From NCBI GenBank assembly GCA_964016885.1, contig OZ024740.1, positions 103,788,001-103,852,000 on the forward strand: 64,000 bases of DNA, written 5' to 3'. The notes under the pieces were generated by a model, which was not told the origin of the DNA, made no database searches, and saw only the letters and a list, made by a program, of their open reading frames with translations. Source of the DNA: Eledone cirrhosa (Eukaryota). Positions 12,700 to 27,523 of the stretch are shown here, piece by piece. The translations under genes and the position numbers were made by a program. How positions within the stretch are numbered: the stretch's first letter is position 1; the number at the start of each line of letters is the position of its first letter.

Positions 12700-12921
12700 A
12701 CAGTCCTCACTGTGAGGTGGCCGTGTAGGAGACAATGAAAAGGGTCCCAGCCCACACTGTAAATGTGGTTGGTGTTAGGAAGGGCATCCAGCTGTAAAAA
12801 TCAAGCCAAAATTAGTTCCCAGTTGAGCAAGGCAAAGTCAGCCGACCGGGCACTGCCCACAACAGGACAACCCGTCTAACTCATGCTACCATGGTAGAAT
12901 GAACGTAAAACGATGATGATG
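12700..12921 (+). mobile_element. RTE family A-like 3' UTR stub
   Basis: Module ending cccgtctaactcatgcta...gtaaaacgatgatg. Confidence 0.75.
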
Positions 12922-12951
12922 TGTTTGTGTACATATATATATATACATACA

Positions 12952-13345
12952 TGAGGGTAATCCCAAAAGTAAAGTCTCCAAAGCGATGGGGGACGCATAG
13001 AAACTGCTCATATGGCTGTTGGCAACACTGTTGTGATTGGTGCTTCCTTCACTCCCAAACAAGCATGCGAGCGCTTCGCTGGGATGCTCAATCTTGGCTT
13101 GGCAGCCGTTGAGAATGGAGCTCCCGATGAACGCTATCGCCAAGTGCGAATTTCGCGCAGTTATTATATAGAGGGCAATCCCAAAAGTAAGGTCTCCTTC
13201 CGAGGAAAACATGCATAAAGATCGGCGGAACACATTGGATGCTCTCTGCATTTTGGTTTCTGAGGTTTCCCGAAGGACCATCCACAGGATTTTAATGGAA
13301 AAGTGGCAATATCGGAAGGTGACCTTACTTTTGGGATTGCTCTCG
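12952..13345 (+). mobile_element. mariner-type MITE with two left TIRs and one right TIR
   Basis: GAGGGTAATCCCAAAAGTAAAGTCTCC (12953), GAGGGCAATCCCAAAAGTAAGGTCTCC (13171), inverse GGTGACCTTACTTTTGGGATTGCTCTCG (ends 13345); set in TA context. Confidence 0.75.
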
Positions 13346-13373
13346 CATATATATATATATATATATATATATG

Positions 13374-13648
13374 CCACAACATCCAGGCCGAAATAAATGA
13401 GATCGTGTAGGTGTCACGACAAAAAAAACACACAGTCCACGATGTAATGTGGCCGTGTAGGCAACACGGCAAAAACCTCCCAGTCCCACACTGTAAATGT
13501 GGTTGGTGTTAGGAAGGGCATCCAGCTGTAGAAAACCCGCCAGACAGTCCTATGCGAGCAAGACAACCACTCTTGCGTCAAGTGGGAAAACTCCCGTCCA
13601 AACCCATGCAAGCGTAGAACATTGACGTTAAACGATGATGATGATGAT
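13374..13648 (+). mobile_element. RTE family B 3' UTR stub
   Basis: Matches 21776-22055. Confidence 0.8.
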
Positions 13649-13654
13649 ATATAT

Positions 13655-13693
<39 letters not shown>

Positions 13694-13699
13694 AATATA

Positions 13700-14075
13700 T
13701 GGTGGCGGCCAACTCGTTTTCGAGTACGGCCACTACTTTATATCCATGTAGCAGAACCCCTACCGATGCGCTGAACGAGTGTGACTTTTTAGTCCAGCCA
13801 GCAACTTGAAAACTCTGGTACAAACACTACACTTGTGACAATTACTGACACATAGTGCTGGGCCCATGGTACCATGTGACGACAAGTGCAGAGAGATCTC
13901 CAGATATAAAGCAATGACTGTGCTGTGAAGCTTTGAGAGTGAGCAAAGGCACTGCACAAAGCCAGTCCCAGCCTCTTAACCAAGATGATATTTACCAAAA
14001 AGAAGGACAAGTCAACATCATTGGATACCATCAGGGTTGCAGGTGTTATCCTTCTCCTAGAATTCTGCCTTGACA
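13700..14075 (-). mobile_element. RTE family D 3' stub, copy 2
   Basis: Same zinc finger and 3' hairpin as copy 1. Confidence 0.8.
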
Positions 14076-14287
14076 TATACATACATATATATATATGCAT
14101 ACATACATATATATATGCATACATACATATATATATGCATACATACATACATACATATACATACATATATATATATATGCATACATACATACATATATAT
14201 ATATGCATACATACATACATATATATATGCATACATACATACATATATGCATACATACATAGATACATACATACATACATACATACA

Positions 14288-14520
14288 TGGTGGCTGCCAA
14301 CTCGTTTTCGAGTACGGCCACTCCTTTATATCCATGTAGGAGAACCCCTACCGATGCGCTGAACGAGTGTGACTTTTTAGTCGAGCCAGCGACTTGAACA
14401 CTCTGGTACAAACACTACACTTGTGACAATTACTGACACATAGTGCTGGGCGCTTGTTACCATGTGACGACAAGTGCAGATCTCCAGATATAAAGCAATG
14501 CTTGTGCCATGACGCTTTTG
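14288..14520 (-). mobile_element. RTE family D 3' stub, copy 3
   Basis: [26 protein letters not shown] and the same terminus. Confidence 0.8.
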
Positions 14521-14648
14521 ATATATACATACATATATATATATACATACATACATACATACATATATATATATACATACATACATACATATATATATAT
14601 ACATACATACATATATATATACATACATACATATATATATATATATAC

Positions 14649-14691
<43 letters not shown>

Positions 14692-14760
14692 CATACATAT
14701 ATATATATATACATACATATATATATATATATATATACATACATATATATATATATATAT

Positions 14761-14793
<33 letters not shown>

Positions 14794-15513
14794 CATACAT
14801 ACATATATATATATATACATACATATATATATATATATATACATACATACATACATATATATATATATACATACATACATATATATACATACATACATAT
14901 ATATATATATATACATACATACATATATATATATACATACATACATATATATATATATACATACATATATATATATATACATACATACACATATATATAT
15001 ACATACATACATATATATACATACATACATACATATACATACATACATATATATACATACATACATACATACATATACATACATACATACATATACATAC
15101 ATACATATATATACATACATACATACATACATATACATACATACATACATACATATATATACATACATACATATATATACATACATACATATATATACAT
15201 ACATACATATACATACATACATACATACATATACATACATACATACATACATATATATACATACATACATATATATATATACATACATACATATATATAT
15301 ATATACATACATACATATATATATACATACATATATATATATACATACATATATATATACATACATATATATATACATACATATATATATACACATACAT
15401 ACATATATATATACATACATATATATATATACATACATATATATATACATACATATATATATATATATATATACATACATACATATATATATATACATAC
15501 ATATATACATACA

Positions 15514-15545
<32 letters not shown>

Positions 15546-15561
15546 CATATATATATACAAA

Positions 15562-15812
15562 CATCATCATCATCATCATCACTGTTTTACGTCCGTTCTT
15601 CCACGCTAGCATGGGTTAGACGGGTTGTCCTGTTGTGGGCAGTGTCTGGTCGGCTGACCATGCCTTGCTCATACAGGAACTGATTTGGCTTGATTTCCAC
15701 AGCTGGATGCCCTTCCTAACACCAACCTCATTTACAGTTAGTGTTGGGTGCTTTTTCATGGCGCCTACACGTCCACTTTACTGTGTGGGCAGGGTGCTTT
15801 TTTGCCGTGGCA
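15562..15812 (-). mobile_element. RTE family A 3' UTR stub
   Basis: Near-identical to 17765-18015 and 18650-18900. Confidence 0.85.
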
Positions 15813-16467
15813 TATATATATATATACATACATACATATATATACATACATACATACATATACATACATACATATATATACATACATACATAGATACATA
15901 TACATACATACATACATACATATACATACATACATATATATACATACATACATATATATACATACATACATATACATACATACATATACATACATACATA
16001 CATACATATATATACATACATACATATATATATATACATACATACATATATATATATATACATACATACATATATATATACATACATATATATATATATA
16101 CATACATATATATATATATACATACATATATATATACATACATATATATATACACATACATACATATATATATATACATACATATATATATATACATACA
16201 TATATATATACACACCCTTGCAAGCAGGGAAAAGCGGACGTAAAATGATGATGATGATGATGATGATGATGATACATATATATATATATATATATACATA
16301 CATACATATATATATATACATACATACATACATACATATATATATACATATATATATATACATACATACATACATATATATAAACATCATCATCATCATC
16401 ATCACTGTTTTACGTCCGTTCTTCCACGCTAGCATGGGTTAGACGGGTTGTCCTGTTGTGGGCATAC

Positions 16468-16498
<31 letters not shown>

Positions 16499-16855
16499 CA
16501 TACATACATATATATACATACATACATACACATACATACATACATACATATATATACATACATACATACATATATATATATACATACATACATATACATA
16601 CATACATACATACATATATATACATACATACATACATACATATATATACATACATACATATATATACATACATACATACATATATATATATACATACATA
16701 CATACATATATATACATACATACATACATATATATATATACATACATACATATATATACATACATACATACATATATATATATACATACATACATATATA
16801 TATATATACATACATACATATATATATACATACATACATATATATATATACATAC

Positions 16856-16888
<33 letters not shown>

Positions 16889-16928
16889 CATACATATATA
16901 TATATATACATACATATATATATATATA

Positions 16929-17560
16929 CTATCGCTTAACTGGTTGCTTTTCGATATGATGGATGGACTACGGAATTCTGGAGAGTTGAAGAGAGAAAAA
17001 TGTGGACGCTCAGCGACAATGTCAAAGATAAAGCCAAATTCACCTCGTGGACGAAAATGCAAGCACTCCTCCTTGTTTCGGCCCAGGATGGCTAACATAA
17101 CCCCCCCCCCCCCCGCGCCCCACCGCTCCCACCCTCCAAAAGCAATCCAAAACTTCAGAGTTGGTACCATGAATGTAGGCTGAAACAAATGAGATCGTGT
17201 AGGTGTCACGACAAAAAACACACAGTCCACGCTGTAAATGTGGCCGTGTAGGCAACACGGTAAAAACCTCCCAGCCCCACACTGTAAATGTGGTTGGTGT
17301 TAGGAAGGGCATCCAGCTGTAGAAAACCCGCCAGACAGTCCACGCTGTAATGTGGCCGTGTAGGCAACACGGTAAAAACCTCCCAGCCCCACACTGTAAA
17401 TGTGGTTGGTGTTAGGAAGGGCATCCAACTGTAGAAAACCCGCCAGACAGTCCTATGCGATCAAGACAACCACTCTTGCCTCAAGTGGGAAAACCCCCGT
17501 CCAAACCCATGCAAGCGTGGAACACGGACGCTAAACCTGATGATGATGATGATGATGACA
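16929..17560 (+). mobile_element. internally deleted RTE: 5' region and APE start ([10 protein letters not shown]) fused to the family B 3' UTR with a tandem duplication
   Basis: APE N-terminal motif ends at 17180 and joins tgaaacaaatgagatc of the 3' UTR; about 115-bp direct duplication within 17223-17452. Confidence 0.75.
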
Positions 17561-17764
17561 TACATATATATATATACATACATACATATATATATACATA
17601 CATATATATATATACATACATATATATATACATACATATATATATACATACATATATATATATATACATACATACATACATATATATATATACATACATA
17701 TATACATACATATATATATATACATACATATATATATATACATACATACATACATATATACAAA

Positions 17765-18015
17765 CATCATCATCATCATCATCACTGTTTTACGTCCGTT
17801 CTTCCACGCTAGCATGGGTTAGACGGGTTGTCCTGTTGTGGGCAGTGTCTGGTCGGCTGACCATGCCTTGCTCATACAGGAACTGATTTGGCTTGATTTC
17901 CACAGCTGGATGCCCTTCCTAACACCAACCTCATTTACAGTTAGTGTTGGGTGCTTTTTCATGGCGCCTACACGTCCACTTTACTGTGTGGGCAGGGTGC
18001 TTTTTTGCCGTGGCA
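17765..18015 (-). mobile_element. RTE family A 3' UTR stub
   Basis: Same truncation point as 15562-15812. Confidence 0.85.
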
Positions 18016-18168
18016 TATATATATATATACATACATACATACATATATATACATACATACATACATACATATATATACATACATACATACATACACATAC
18101 ATACATATATATACATACATACATACATATATATATATACATACATACATATACATACATACATATAT

Positions 18169-18201
<33 letters not shown>

Positions 18202-18649
18202 CATACATACATACATATATATATACATACATACATATATATATATATATACATACATACATATATATATACATACATACATATATATATACATACATAT
18301 ATATATATACATACATATATATATATACATACATATATATATATATACATACATATATATATATACATACATATATATATACATACATATATATATATAC
18401 ATACATATATATATACATACATATATATATATACATACATACATATATATATACATACATATATATATACATACATATATATATATACATACATATATAT
18501 ATACATACATATATATATATACATACATATATATATACATACATATATATATATATATATACATACATACATACATATATATACATACATATATACATAC
18601 ATATATATATACATACATATATATATATACATACATACATATATACAAA

Positions 18650-19585
18650 CATCATCATCATCATCATCACTGTTTTACGTCCGTTCTTCCACGCTAGCAT
18701 GGGTTAGACGGGTTGTCCTGTTGTGGGCAGTGTCTGGTCGGCTGACCATGCCTTGCTCATACAGGAACTGATTTGGCTTGATTTCCACAGCTGGATGCCC
18801 TTCCTAACACCAACCTCATTTACAGTTAGTGTTGGGTGCTTTTTCATGGCGCCTACACGTCCACTTTACTGTGTGGGCAGGGTGCTTTTTTGCCGTGGCA
18901 CCGCCACGACCACCTTGCGGTGGGCTGTGTGGGGGCATATTGTCTATATGCTTCAGCTTGTACCCATGGGAGGTCGGGTACCCTGTATTACTGCGTGACG
19001 CCAGACGTCACGGTCGTGTGTCATCGCCTTTGAGAGGTGTAATTGGGTAAGGTCGGCTTTTATCACCTCATCCCAGGTCATCTTGGGTCTCCCCACTCTG
19101 CGGCTTCCATCGACTTCTAGTGCTCTGCACCTTTTCATGCAGCTGTCATCCTTCATACGCATCACATCCTTCATACGCTTCACACACATCAACCGCCTCT
19201 CCTGCACACAGCATTTGATTCCTCTTATGCTCAGTCTCTCTCTCAATTCATTTATGATTTGTCGTTCGCGTATATTACTATTACACATCCATTGGAGCAT
19301 GCAGGCTTCGTTTCTCTCTAATCTATGTAAGTCTTCCACCTTCAGCGCCCAGGTCTCACTACCATGCAACATTGCTGTTCGGATACACGCATCATACAGT
19401 CTGCCTTTCATTTTGAGGGAGAAGCCTTTTGCAGCTAGCAGTGGTAGTAGTTCCCTAAACTTCTTCCATCCCGTTCTTACCCTAGTTATTGTACTTTCTG
19501 AACACCCACCTCCGATGCTAATTCGGTCACCTAGGTAGTAGAAGCTGTCTAGTGTTTCTACAGAGCCCTCCCAGAGATTGGTCAT
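18650..19585 (-). mobile_element. 5'-truncated RTE LINE (family A): RT C-terminus plus 3' UTR
   Basis: FYYLGD...[12 protein letters not shown]...HGSETW...VGRPKMTW...PPMGTS*. Confidence 0.9.
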
Positions 19586-19961
19586 AATATACATACATAC
19601 ATATATATATACTTATATATATATATATATATATATACATACATAGACACACATATATATACATATATATTTATATATATATATACATAAACGCATATAT
19701 ATATATATATACATACATAGACACATATATATATATATATACATACATAGACACATATATATATATATACATACATAGACACATATATATATATACATAC
19801 ATAGACACATATATATATATACATACATAGACACACATATATATATACATACATAGACACACATATATATATATACATACATAGACACATATATATATAT
19901 ATATACACACATATATATATATATATACATACATAGACATATATATATATATATATATATA

Positions 19962-20370
19962 TGGTGGCTGACAACTCGTTTTCAAGTACGGCCACTACTT
20001 TATATCCATGTAGCAGAACCCCTACTGATGCGCTGAACGAGTGTGACCTTTTAGTCCAGCCAGCGACTTGAAAACTCTGGTACAAACACTACACTTGTGT
20101 CAATTACTGACACATAGTGCTGGGCCCATTGTACCTGTGACGACAAGTGCAGAGAGATCGCCAGATATAAAGCAATGCCTGTACCGTGAAGCTTCTATAG
20201 TGAGCAAAGGCACTGCATTAAGCCAGTCCCACTCTTAACCAAGATGATATTTACCAAAAAGAAGAACAAGTCAACATCATTGGATACCATCAGGGTTGCA
20301 GGTGTTATATCAGAGTTTTACTTCTCCTAGAATTCTGCCTTGACAAAGGCTAAGGGGTCATCCCTCCCGG
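19962..20370 (-). mobile_element. RTE family D 3' stub, copy 4
   Basis: Same family terminus. Confidence 0.8.
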
Positions 20371-20530
20371 ATATATATATATATACATATATACATACAT
20401 ACACACACATATATATATATACATATATACATACATACATATATATACATATATACATACATACATATATATACATATATACATACATATATATACATAT
20501 ATACATACATACATATATATACATATATAC

Positions 20531-22053
20531 ATGGAGAAAGCCTTTGACAGAGTACCCCGCTCGATTATCTGGTGGGCCCTTAGAAAACTAGGTGTTGATG
20601 AATGTGAGAGCTATACAAGCCATGTATAAAGAAACAGTCAGCAAGGTTAGAATTAACAACGAATAAAGTGAAGAGTTTAGCGTAAAAGTTGGTGTTCATC
20701 AGGGCTCCGTTCTTATCCCCCTACTATTTATTATTGCCCTTCAGGCTATAACAGGGGAGTTCAAGACCGGCTGCCCATGGGAACTCCTATATGCAGATGA
20801 TCTAATGCTCATAGCTGAATCAATGGCTGAACTAGTGAAGAAATTCCAAACATGGAAGCATGGCCTAGAATCAAAAGGCCTTAAAGTTAACTTGTCTAAG
20901 ACTAAAGATCTAGTTTGTAGGAAGGAAAATAGGGCACCGGTCCCATCTGAGAAATGGCCATGCTCAGTGTGTAGGAAAGGAGTAGGTAGAAACTCCAGAA
21001 TATAGATTTTATATGTGGCCGGTGCTCTGGCTAAATAAGTAGCAGCAAGTGCCCACAGAATACTAACTCATTCCATTGCACAGATGGTTCTATAGAAATA
21101 GTGGACAGCTTCCGTTACCTGGGTGACAAAATCAGCAGTAGGCTAGGGTGCTCTGAAAGTACCGTAGCTAGAGTCAGAACGGGATGGAAAAAGTTCAGAG
21201 AGCTTATACCACTATTGGCCGCTAAAGGGTTCTCTCTAAAAATGAAAGGCAGGCTGTATGATGCCTGCATACAAACAGCAATGTTACATGACAGTGAGAC
21301 CTGGGCATTGTGTGCAGAGGATACACGCAGACTGGAGAGAAACGAAGCTTGCATGCTCCGCTGGATGTGTAATAGTAATATACGTGAACGACAAAGCATA
21401 AACGAACTAAGGGAGAAATTAGAAATAAGAGGGATCAGATGTTGTTTACTCGAGAGAAGACTACGTTGGTATGGTCACGTGATGCGCATGAAAGACGACA
21501 GCTGTATAAAAAAGTGCAGGGCAATAAAAATAGACGGTAGCCACGGAGTAGGCAGACCCAGAAAACCTAGGACGACTTGATAAATTCCGACCTCACACAC
21601 TTACACCTCTCCAAGACAATGTCACTGGACCGAGATCTTTGGCACGACACAGTAATAGAGAAGACCCGCCTTACCTAAGTGCAAAATGAAACCTACTACA
21701 GTCAGTAGGCACCTCTAACAAAATACACCCCCACCCCATCCACACCACCCCTTTCAATGTAAAGCTATGTTGGTACCACAACATCCAGCCCGAAACAAAT
21801 GAGGTCGCGTAGGTGTCACGACAAAAAAACACACAGTCCTCGCTGTAATGTGGCCGTGTAGGTAACATGGTAAAACCCTCCCAGTTCCACACTGTAAATG
21901 TGGTTGGTGTTAGGAAGGGCATCCAGCCATAGAAAACCCACCAGACAGTCCTATACGAGCAAGATAACCACTCTTGCCTCAAGTGGGAAAACTCCCGTCC
22001 AAACCCATGCGAGCGTGGAATATGGACTTTAAATGATGATGATGATGATGATG

Positions 22054-22055
<2 letters not shown>
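20531..22055 (+). mobile_element. 5'-truncated decayed RTE LINE (family B)
   Basis: [38 protein letters not shown]; 3' UTR modules and (ATG)n tail. Confidence 0.9.
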
Positions 22056-22100
<45 letters not shown>

Positions 22101-22434
22101 CATACATACATACATATATATATATACATACATACATATATATATATATATACATATATACATACATATATACAGACAAACATATTCATATATACAGACA
22201 AATATATACATATATACAGACATACATATATACATATATACAGACATACATATACATATATGCAGACATACATATACATATATACAGACATACATATATA
22301 CATATATACATACATACATATATACATACATACATATATATATACATACATACATATATATATATACATACATACATATATATACATTTATACATACATA
22401 TATACACATATATACATACATATACATATATACA

Positions 22435-22465
<31 letters not shown>

Positions 22466-23059
22466 ATACATACATATATATATATACATACATATATATA
22501 TACATACATACATATATACATACATATATATATACATATATATATACATATATATATACATACATATATATATATACATACATATATATATCTAACATAC
22601 ATACATATATATATATCTAACATACATACATATATATATCTAACATACATTCATATATATATACATACATACATATATATATATATATACATACATATAT
22701 ATATATACATACATATATATATACATACATACATATATATATCTAACATACATACATATATATATCTAACATACATACATATATATATCTAACATACATA
22801 CATATATATATCTAACATACATACATATATATATCTAACTAACATACATACATATATATATACATACATACATATATATATATATACATACATACATATA
22901 TATATATATACATACATACATATATATATATATACATACATATATATATATATACATACATATATATATATATACATACATACATATATATATACATACA
23001 TATATATATATATATATATACATACATACATATATACATACATATATATATATATATAT

Positions 23060-23102
<43 letters not shown>

Positions 23103-23107
23103 CATAC

Positions 23108-24077
23108 ATCATCATCATCATCATCATCAACGTTTAACGTCCGTGTTCCACGCTTGCATGGGTTTGGACGGGGGTAGTCCCACTTGAGGCAAGAGTGATT
23201 TTCTTGCTCGCATAGGACTGTCTGGCAGGTTTTCTACAGTTGGATGCCCTTCCTAACACCAACCACATTTACAGTGTGGGTCTGGGAGGTTTTTACCGTG
23301 TTGCCTACACGGCCACATTACAGCGTGGACTGTGTGTTTTTTTTGTCGTGACACCTACACGATCTCATTTGTTTCGGCCTGGATGGCGCGGCACCAACAT
23401 AACTTTACATAGAACGGGGTGGTGTGGATGGGGTGGGGGTGGTGGTGGTGGGACGGGGTGTATTTTGTTAGAGATGCCTACTGGCAAGGCGGGTCTTCTC
23501 TATTACTGAGTACCGCCAAAGGTCTCGGTCCAGTGACATTGTCTTGGTGAGGTGTAAGTGTGTGAGGTCGGAGTTTATCAGCTCGTCCCAGGTTTTTCTG
23601 GGTCTGCCTATTCCGTAGCCTTCTCTCTAGTAAACAACATCTGATCCCTCTTATTTCTAATTTCTCCCTTAGTTCGTTTATGCTTTGTCGTTCACGTATA
23701 TTACTATTACACATCCAGCGGAGCATGCAAGCTTCGTTTCTCTCTAGTCTGGGTATATCCTCTGCACACAATGCCCAGGTCTCACTGCCATGCAACATTG
23801 CTGTTCGTATGCAGGCATCATACAGCCTGCCTTTCATTTTTAGGGAGAACCCTTTAGCGGCTAATAGTGGTATAAGCTCCCTGAACTTTTTCCACCCAGT
23901 TCTGACTCTAGCTACTGTACTTTCAGAGCACCCTCCCCCACTGCTGATTTTGTCACCCAGGTATTGGAAGCTGTCCACTATTTCTATAGAACCCTCTGCG
24001 CAGTTGAAAGAGCTAGTATTTTGTGGGCACTTGCTGCTACTTATATCCCCAGAACACCGGCCACATGTAAAATCTAA
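23108..24077 (-). mobile_element. 5'-truncated RTE LINE (family B), inverted relative to 20531-22055
   Basis: FTCGRC...FQYLGD...HGSETW; 3' UTR and tail. Confidence 0.9.
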
Positions 24078-24564
24078 TACATACATACATATATATATAC
24101 ATACATATATATATATATATATATACATACATACATACATATATACATACATATATATATATACATACATACATATATACATATATATATACATACATAT
24201 ATACATATATATATACATACATACATACATACATATATACATACATACATATATATATACATACATATATATATACATACATATATACATATATATATAT
24301 ACATACATACATATATACATACATATATATATACATATATATATACATACATATATATATACATACATATATACATACATATATATATACATACATATAT
24401 ACATACATATATACATATATACATATATATATACATACATACATATATACATACATATATACATATATATATACATATATATATACATACATATATACAT
24501 ATATATATACATACATATATACATATATATATACATACATACATATATACATACATATATACAT

Positions 24565-24597
<33 letters not shown>

Positions 24598-24650
24598 TAC
24601 ATACATACATACATATATACATACATACATACATACATATATACATACAT

Positions 24651-24950
24651 TGATGAGGAGTTTACAAATCCAGTATCCAAGATACACCTTTAGCTTCATA
24701 CCCATCATTATTGGTGCTACGGGTTATATACCAACCCGCTTGGACCAAAGTATGACCGAACTTGGATTTGCGGACAAAAAGCGCAGCTCCCTAATTCATA
24801 GTCTACAAATGGCTACGGTAGCTGGCACCTTCAAAATTTGCAAAACATTCTTGCGATTCAAGGGATGACAATTTCTCTTCTTTTACAACCTTGCCACCAG
24901 GAAGGTGGCCAGTCAAAAAAATATATTCAAAATTAAGAGAAAGAGAAAAC
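24651..24950 (+). mobile_element. 3' fragment of a restriction-like-endonuclease non-LTR element (R4/Dong-like)
   Basis: [14 protein letters not shown]...[17 protein letters not shown] is the typical RLE C-terminal pattern of R4-clade elements. Confidence 0.65.
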
Positions 24951-25310
24951 ATACATATATACATACATATATATATATATACATACATATATACATATAT
25001 ATATATATACATACATATATACATATATATATACATACATATATACATATATATATACATATATATATACATACATATATACATACATATATACATACAT
25101 ATATACATATATATATATATACACATACATATATACATACATATATACATATATATATATATACACATACATATATACATACATATATACATACATATAT
25201 ATATATATACACGTACATATATACATACATATATACATACATATATATATACACATACATATATACATATATATATATATACACATAACATATATACATA
25301 TATATATATA

Positions 25311-25342
<32 letters not shown>

Positions 25343-25343
25343 C

Positions 25344-25376
<33 letters not shown>

Positions 25377-25554
25377 TACATACACATACATATATACATA
25401 TATATATACATATATACATATATATATATATACATATATATATACATATATACATATATATATATATACATACATATATACATATATACATACATATATA
25501 TGTATATACATACATATATACATATATACATACATATATACATATATATATATA

Positions 25555-25590
<36 letters not shown>

Positions 25591-25605
25591 TATATACATA
25601 TATAT

Positions 25606-25790
<185 letters not shown>

Positions 25791-25804
25791 CATATATATA
25801 TATA

Positions 25805-25856
<52 letters not shown>

Positions 25857-25958
25857 CATATATACATATATACATATATATATACATACATACATATATA
25901 TATACATACATATATACATATATATATACATACATATATATATATATATACATACATA

Positions 25959-26520
25959 TGGTGGCTGCCAACTCGTTTTCGAGTACGGCCACTACTTTAT
26001 ATCCATGTAGGAGAACCCCTACTGATGCGCTGAACGAGTGTGACTTTTTAGTCCAGCCAGCGACTTGAAAGCTCTGGTACAAACACTACACTTGTGACAA
26101 TTATTGACACATAGTGCTGGGCCCATGGTACCATGTGACGACAAGTGCAGAGAGATCTCCAGATATAAAGCAATGCCTGTGCCGTGAAACCTTTATAGTG
26201 AGCAAAGGCACTGCACAAAGCCAGTCCCACTCTCTTAACCAAGATGATATTTACCAAAAAGAAGAACAAGTCAACATCATTGGATACCATCAGGGTTGCA
26301 GGTGTTATATCAGAGTTTTCCTTCTCCTAGAATTCTGCCTTGACAAAGGCTAAGGGGTCATCTCTCCCGGTGATTTTGGATGGCCATTGACTCTTAAGAG
26401 CTCCTTTGCCTTTTGACAGGTTTTGTTTTTAGTCCTGCAGGATGACCAAAGTCACCCTCCTCACCAAGAAACCTTGGTCGGGGGTGGCCAGTTTAGTTGC
26501 CAACGACCAGACCATGAGAC
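25959..26520 (-). mobile_element. RTE family D 3' stub, copy 5 (longest)
   Basis: Same family; extends furthest 5'. Confidence 0.8.
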
Positions 26521-26701
26521 ATACATACATACACACATATATATATACATACATACATATATATATATACATACATAGACATATACATACACACACATAT
26601 ATATATACATATATATACATACACACACATATATATATACATATATATACATACACACAAATATAAATACATATATATATATATATACATACATATATAT
26701 A

Positions 26702-26872
26702 TGGTGGTGTCTGCCAACTCGTTTTCGAGTACGGCCACTGCCCTATATCCATGTAGGAGAACCCCTACCGATGCGCTGAACGGGTGTGACTTTTTAGTCC
26801 AGCCAGCGACTTGAAAACTCTGGTACAAACACTACACTTGTGACAATTATTGACACATAGTGCTGGGCCCAT
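26702..26872 (-). mobile_element. RTE family D 3' stub, copy 6
   Basis: [26 protein letters not shown]. Confidence 0.8.
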
Positions 26873-26912
26873 ATATACATACATACATACATATATACAT
26901 ACATATATATAT

Positions 26913-26951
<39 letters not shown>

Positions 26952-26986
26952 TACATACATACATACATATATACATACATACATAT

Positions 26987-27017
<31 letters not shown>

Positions 27018-27039
27018 CATACATACATATATACATACA

Positions 27040-27073
<34 letters not shown>

Positions 27074-27218
27074 CATACATACATATATATATACATATAT
27101 ATATACATACATATATATATACATACATATATATATACATACATACATATATATATACATACATACATATATATATACATACATACATACATATATATAT
27201 ACATACATACATCTATAC

Positions 27219-27291
<73 letters not shown>

Positions 27292-27483
27292 AGGGTTTAT
27301 TTAATGTTTTAACAATTGTTTCATTAATCCAGTGTGTCTGAAAGTCGCTGATTGTTAGAAGTCACGTCAATCGACTTTAATTACAGTCGATACCTGACGA
27401 AATCAATGCTGAACGTTAAAACTACCCTCAATACAGAGTACTCATAACCTATAGCTAGATTACCTTAAACGATATCTTGTTAT

Positions 27484-27523
<40 letters not shown>

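Noticed and set aside
26765-26872. Host C2H2 zinc-finger gene cluster
   Set aside because: Single fingers without TGEKP linkers, embedded in repeated LINE 3' ends with microsatellite tails.
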